From NCBI GenBank assembly GCA_964016885.1, contig OZ024746.1:6076001-6140000 (forward strand): a stretch of DNA of 64,000 nucleotides, written 5' to 3'. The translations under genes were made by a program, and so were the position numbers. The notes beneath the pieces are model-generated. The model made no database searches. It saw only the letters and a list, made by a program, of their open reading frames with translations, and was not told the DNA's origin. Shown here piece by piece: positions 58,600 through 64,000 of the stretch (the first letter of the stretch is position 1; every line of letters starts with the position of its first letter). The DNA comes from Eledone cirrhosa. Lineage: Eukaryota.

Positions 58600-58960
58600 A
58601 TAGTTTTCGTAAAGCAGTCGCTGCCATCTGTATATGTTTTGTAGGTTGCAATCTGGTGTTGAAGCTTTTTATCTTGTTAAATATCTCCAACTTTTCCAGC
58701 CTGTAGAGCTTACATTTGTTTGATCCCTTGGAATAGGGTTTGTATCATTTCAGTACTTTCCATTTTATTTCAGGTTGTCTTGGTAACCGAGTTGGGAAGC
58801 TAGTAAGTGGAAGAACCAGACAAATGCAATTAACAAGCTTTTTTGTGTGACATACATCTATATAGCCCACATCTTTCATCTATAGATACAGTATACAGCA
58901 CAGAACATTTGACTGTAAGTTATGGTTATGATAGTTTGCAGTGCTGTACTTAATTTCCTA
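58600..58960 (-). pseudogene. Heavily decayed PLE GIY-YIG remnant
   Basis: IKWKVLK*YKPYSKGSNKCKLYRLEKLEI matches the W..Y..CxLC..EK..I tail of the other PLEs. Confidence 0.65.
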
Positions 58961-60660
58961 TATCGTTCTAGCCTTTATTGTATATGTGATAATTATTTTA
59001 GTCCTAGTCGTTATTTAACCCTCTACTTCGTGAATGCCATTTTAATAGAATAAAATCTGTTTATATCTCAGAAGTTAGAAAATATATGTATCTATTTTTC
59101 TCATCAAATTTCATAACCTCGTTACATACTTCTCTTACTTTGTCCCTTTCACCCTAGTCCAACTCTTTCTCATTGTTAAATATAAATATTCTCAACAAAC
59201 GGCCAATGCCAGTCATTCCATCGATGGTAATCATAAGACTTATTTTGTTCATTGTATTTAAATACTTCATTTTAAAAGAAATATTTGTTAATGATCCACT
59301 TACCACGCTTATGTCCTTATCGGGCATCATTTCGATATCTTTGTTTATGAAACAGACAAAAGGCTGCGCATAGCGGACTGTGGGGGAGATATCATGTGTG
59401 TAGGGTGTGTATTGTTAGCAGTGACAGCGATAAGGATTTTAGTATACAAAAGGAATTGTTTGATAATATTATTGAATTCTCAGGCAAAAAATTGGCTGAG
59501 TTGTTAGAACATCAGATAGAATGATTTATGGTATTCATTACCAATCTCTGTTCTCTGAGTTCAGATTCTGCCGAGATCAATTTTGCATTTCATCCTTTAG
59601 AGGTCGATAAGAAAAAGTGCCAGTCAAGTATTGGAGTTGGTTCTTCCTCTATATCTCTTTCTTACTTACATTCTCTCACTATCTCTATCTTTCTCTGGAA
59701 GAAATCTTCTGTGTTAAAACCTGGAGATGGACTCCATTAGGTTTAAAATAAAAATGCCCTAGAAACGCCGTATTTCAATATGGCTCCCCTACGACTCATT
59801 CGAGAGATACGGAAACATGTATGTATAGAGACAGAAACAGGCCAATCACTGCACAGTAGGGAGGAACTATCTGATAGAATATTTATCATTTAAGAAATTA
59901 GAAGAGATGAACAAATCTATTGCTTCCAAACCACAGCCGTCGAAGATTGAAATGAATGTCAAAGACGAGAGAGTTGCTTTTGCTAGAGATTTCAAGAGTG
60001 AGAATTAATTAGGGAACGTGATGAAGCACATTTTAAGTAAAAAAATCAATTAATTATGGCAACACTAACATCACAATATTTCAGAGTCGATTTTCAATAA
60101 TGAAATGAAACAATAATAAACAAAAGATGAAATCATCCCAATTTACAAGAAATTATATGTAAAACTATCATCTCTCCATAACATCAAACGACAATACTGC
60201 AACTGCACAAACTCCGTGGAAAATGAAATGCACCTGTTGGTGCAGAGAAAACTTCGCAGGAAACTATTGAAACGTTATAATAATGAAAGAATTCTATAAG
60301 CATAAACGAGCCAATAGCTGGCAGGAATAATCATTGGCGTTTTAAACATATTTACCTATGTTAAAAGCAGAAGAGTGAAAACAAACATGAAATAAAAACA
60401 AATACAAACACTAAACGTAGGCAAAACAATCTCGTAGATAATTATTTTCACAAGATTTTTTCACTTTTCTTGAGAAACGTAGCCTATTCTGCTAGAGATT
60501 TCTTACAGGCACAATTTACGTATTTCAGTATTCATGCATGTGCTGTCAAACACCCAAACACACACATACAGACACACACACACATACAGACAACCACACA
60601 CACACACACACTTACAGACACACACACACACACACATATATATATGTATATATATATATA

Positions 60661-60720
<60 letters not shown>

Positions 60721-60786
60721 TGTATATATAATATATATATATATATAGTATCCCTAAGTGCCTTGTGCGTGTAGGGACATATACTT

Positions 60787-60863
<77 letters not shown>

Positions 60864-60907
60864 TATGTATATATATATATAATAAATAAATGTATATACA
60901 TATATAT

Positions 60908-61131
60908 AAAACGAAGGAAGTGTGGTAAGGAACCAGATGGACCATAACGCACCAGAGTACTCAATACTTAGGGTAGTAGAGTGGGTAATAGGAAAATGTT
61001 TAACCCCGACGGCAGAGCTCAAGCCGTATACATATATATATATATATAACGAAGGAATTGTGGTAAGGAACCAGATGGACTAGAAATATAGCCGTCGAAA
61101 CGGCTTGAGCTCTGCCATCGGGGTCATACTT

Positions 61132-61137
<6 letters not shown>
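60908..61137. mobile_element. Rearranged family A pLTR fold-back in (TA)n
   Basis: Two pLTR ends plus an inverted arm TAGCCGTCGAAACGGCTTGAGC; an older family copy lies at about 22900-23010. Confidence 0.8.
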
Positions 61138-61189
<52 letters not shown>

Positions 61190-62014
61190 GATAAATATAA
61201 ATATATATATATATATATTTGAGTGTGTGTGGCAATATCCGTAGGAATGAAAATGGAAAAAGGAAAACACTACTCAATCGGGAACGGAGGAGAAATATCA
61301 TATTATATATTTATGTTCATACATGGAAGACACGCACTACCCAAGGTTTCAAGGTCCAATACTGACCATAGCTCCAGACTACAGAAGCAATCAAAAGGTT
61401 CACCTAATATCCAGGCACTTATACGAATTTATAAGTATAGTGTGCTACAATGATAGTTTACAAAATATCGTATGTTAACAAAGAGAAATATCTGAAAGAT
61501 GTAAATTTTGAAAAGCGATATCGTTCACGTGTTAGTGTTCGCATGCTATATGTGTATTACTGTTACCCCACTTTCTTCCTCTCCCTTTCTCCCTCTCACT
61601 TTCACCCACTCGCCTGACCGTTTAGCAGTTCTCTTCTCACTTACAACTGCGGCGTACGGACGTGTGTCTTTTTTCTCTCGACCACTCAGTCTTAAGTTCT
61701 CTTTTCGTGTGGTCTTGGGTTTCCTTACCTTTAGTTGCTCCCACATTGCTCGGTTTGTTGTTTTTTTTCGGTGTTTTTTTTTTACTGTTTTCTCTTTTCT
61801 TCTTGCTTACCTTCCCTCCCTCCTCCGTTTTCCCAATAACCTATCCAGCTATTGACGCCCTAGGGCGAAATATATTGTCTTTAAAGCGTAGAAATATATA
61901 CGAGACCCCCAGTAGACAACTGATGAGGAACCCCCCCCCCCGTTCTTCATTTCTTTGTATTCCCACTGCATTTTAAGTTACCTTAAATAGCAACTACGCA
62001 GCCATTTCTATTGT

Positions 62015-62060
<46 letters not shown>

Positions 62061-62254
62061 ATACTTTGGGAGGGTCATGTTGCCAATAAGAAACACATGC
62101 ACCAGATGCTTTCACTTCAATTTATTATAAATTAAATTTATAAATTTAGGAATTTATAAATTTCCGGTTGGTTGGTTGGCTCCACAACCAGACGATTGTT
62201 CATATATATATACACATATACACATATAGCATGCGGACACTAACACGTGAACGT

Positions 62255-62440
62255 ATATATATGTAGGCTTTTGGTGATCCAAGAATGAGGCACCATGTCA
62301 AATGCCGTTTTGTAGTCTATCCATCCCATGGCAAGACCAGTGTGTCTCCTCTTGCAATTCCCCATTACCATCTTATCAATAAGTAACTGGTCCTTTGTAC
62401 CACGAGTCTTCTTTCGGCACCCTTTCTGTTCGTCCGGTAA
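62255..62440 (-). pseudogene. R4/Dong-like reverse transcriptase fragment
   Basis: [20 protein letters not shown]...[15 protein letters not shown]. Confidence 0.88.
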
Positions 62441-62544
62441 CAAATATTTACACGCACAAAACCCACATCGTACCGTTCTGTACCGTCCTGTGCCGTCTGT
62501 AATGTTTTTCTTGATGTCAGCTCTTGTGGCCAATAAAGAAATAA

Positions 62545-64000
62545 TTAATCATTATTATTATTTTTATTATTACAGCTGCATTTATCTTGCTTTATGTTCA
62601 TACGAGTTATCACCAAGTCACAACCAGTGACCTCAAGAGACAACAAGGTCCGCCATGTTCAAGAAAGAACATACATACTCAGACATGCATCTTTAGTGTT
62701 TAGACTTGTGATGTACTTATATTGACAGAATCTTCCTTAGTATATGGGCAGTTCCCATTAGTACTATCTTTTGTATTTCTCCTATACGCGGGTTTCCTGG
62801 GATTTGCGATAAGTAATCAATAGACCCCTTAGGTATCATTCCTAGAGCGCCTACAACCACTGGTATCGTTTTAGTTCTCAATTTCCACATTTTTCCAATT
62901 TCTATCTCCAGGTCCTTATACTTGCTCAATTTTTCAAATGTTTTTATAGATACATTCTTGTCTATTGGAATGGACATATCAATTAGCCGGCATACTCTCT
63001 TTTTAAAGTCCTTCAGTATTATATCAAGTCTATTTGCATCTACTTTTCGGTCTGCTTGAGATGTGATCTTTTTTAAGTATGGGAGGTGGTTGATGCTCCC
63101 ACCAATTCTTTTGATGGGGCAGGTCAAAATGCTTACACATTATCCAATGTATGTATTGTGCAGCTCTGTCATGCCTGTTTAGGTATTCGGTTGAAGCTAC
63201 AGGACTGTACATTGAAATTATATGATCAATGGTCTCTGGTTGTTTTTTTACATACACAGCATAATGGGTTGCATCCATTTTTTATTATGTTGGCTTGGTA
63301 ATTTTTTGTTGGCAGACACTGATCTTGTGCTGATATAATCAGTCCTTCAGTCTCCGATTTCAGTCCAAAGGATACCAACCACTGATGGGTTAAAGTTTTG
63401 TCAACATCAGGATTGTTAGCTCTTTCTGGGTATTTTCCATACAGAGGCTTTTCTTGCCATTTCTTAGCCAGTTTCTGTAGCAGTTCTTTCTTTGCAGTTA
63501 CTTTTACCTGCTTTGCTTTTTCTGTGTTTTCCATTTCAGCAGTAAATGGGACTTCTGAAATTTGTAGTCCATTACTGTATCTTTGTGCATCTTTTGTAAT
63601 GGAGTATGATCTTTTGATTCTTTCCTGTTTCAAAACGAGTTTGATCATCCAATCATGTGACTCCCTTAGATATGTAGATAATCCAATTGTTGCAGTTTTC
63701 AACACAATATCTAACTGGATTAACCCACGTCCTCCTTCTTTCCTAGGGAGATATATTCTATCTGTATCTGCCTTAGGGTGATGCTTTCTGTGCATGGTTA
63801 AGAATCTTCTAATTTTTGTATCGAGCCTACGGATCTCTGTGCTTGACCAGTTGATGACATTGTAACTGTAGGTTACTACTGGTATGGCAAGCGTGTTTAT
63901 GGCATCGATCCTATTCCTTGCATTCAATTCCGTTCTTAAGATTGCTCTTACTCTGCGGTAACATTCCTTCCTTATCCTTTCCCTCATTGTCTAGTGCTTG
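62545..64000 (-). mobile_element. R4/Dong-like RLE non-LTR retrotransposon, 3' part (frameshifted, continues beyond the window)
   Basis: Motifs YLPRKEGGRGL, LKSETEG..AQDQ, CCVCK..ETIDHI..RHD and NRLDI..LIDMSIP..EKLSKYKDL..IPVVVGALG; ends in a (TAA)n-like tail at about 62550-62572. Confidence 0.92.

Noticed and set aside
59860-60300. Purine-rich stretch resembling coding sequence
   Set aside because: It is interrupted by stops and has no recognisable motif or splice structure
61845-61955. CTGATGA and GCCCtaGGGC-GAAA motifs as hammerheads
   Set aside because: Stems and core could not be assembled in any HHR topology, and the motifs are not conserved in the copy near 45600

Overview
This is AT-rich animal DNA, saturated with microsatellites, with one 200-N gap (37260-37459) and no recognisable host exon. 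The dominant tRNA-derived SINE (...GAGTTCAAATCCCGCCGAGGTTAACTTTGCCTTTCATCCTTACGGGGTCGATAAAATAAAGTACCAG...) suggests an octopod cephalopod, which is my inference from recall. Most listed ORFs are translations of microsatellites. Real coding remnants are all from retroelements: Penelope-like elements (PLEs; RT plus C-terminal GIY-YIG), RTE-type LINEs and an R4/Dong-like RLE element. A few hAT and Tc1/mariner MITEs are also present. The main signal is non-coding and was found by folding the sequence by eye. (1) About ten unrelated repeat families carry type I hammerhead ribozyme (HHR)-like motifs, many with non-canonical cores (U3-A8, U4C, U4A, A13C) and some with compensatory stem changes. (2) More than a dozen fold-back (palindromic) insertions sit in (TA)n tracts, and their turnaround points repeatedly fall inside or just 5' of these HHRs. 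(3) A near-identical 606-bp tandem array has one HHR-like motif per unit, as in retrozymes. None of the folds has been verified computationally or biochemically.
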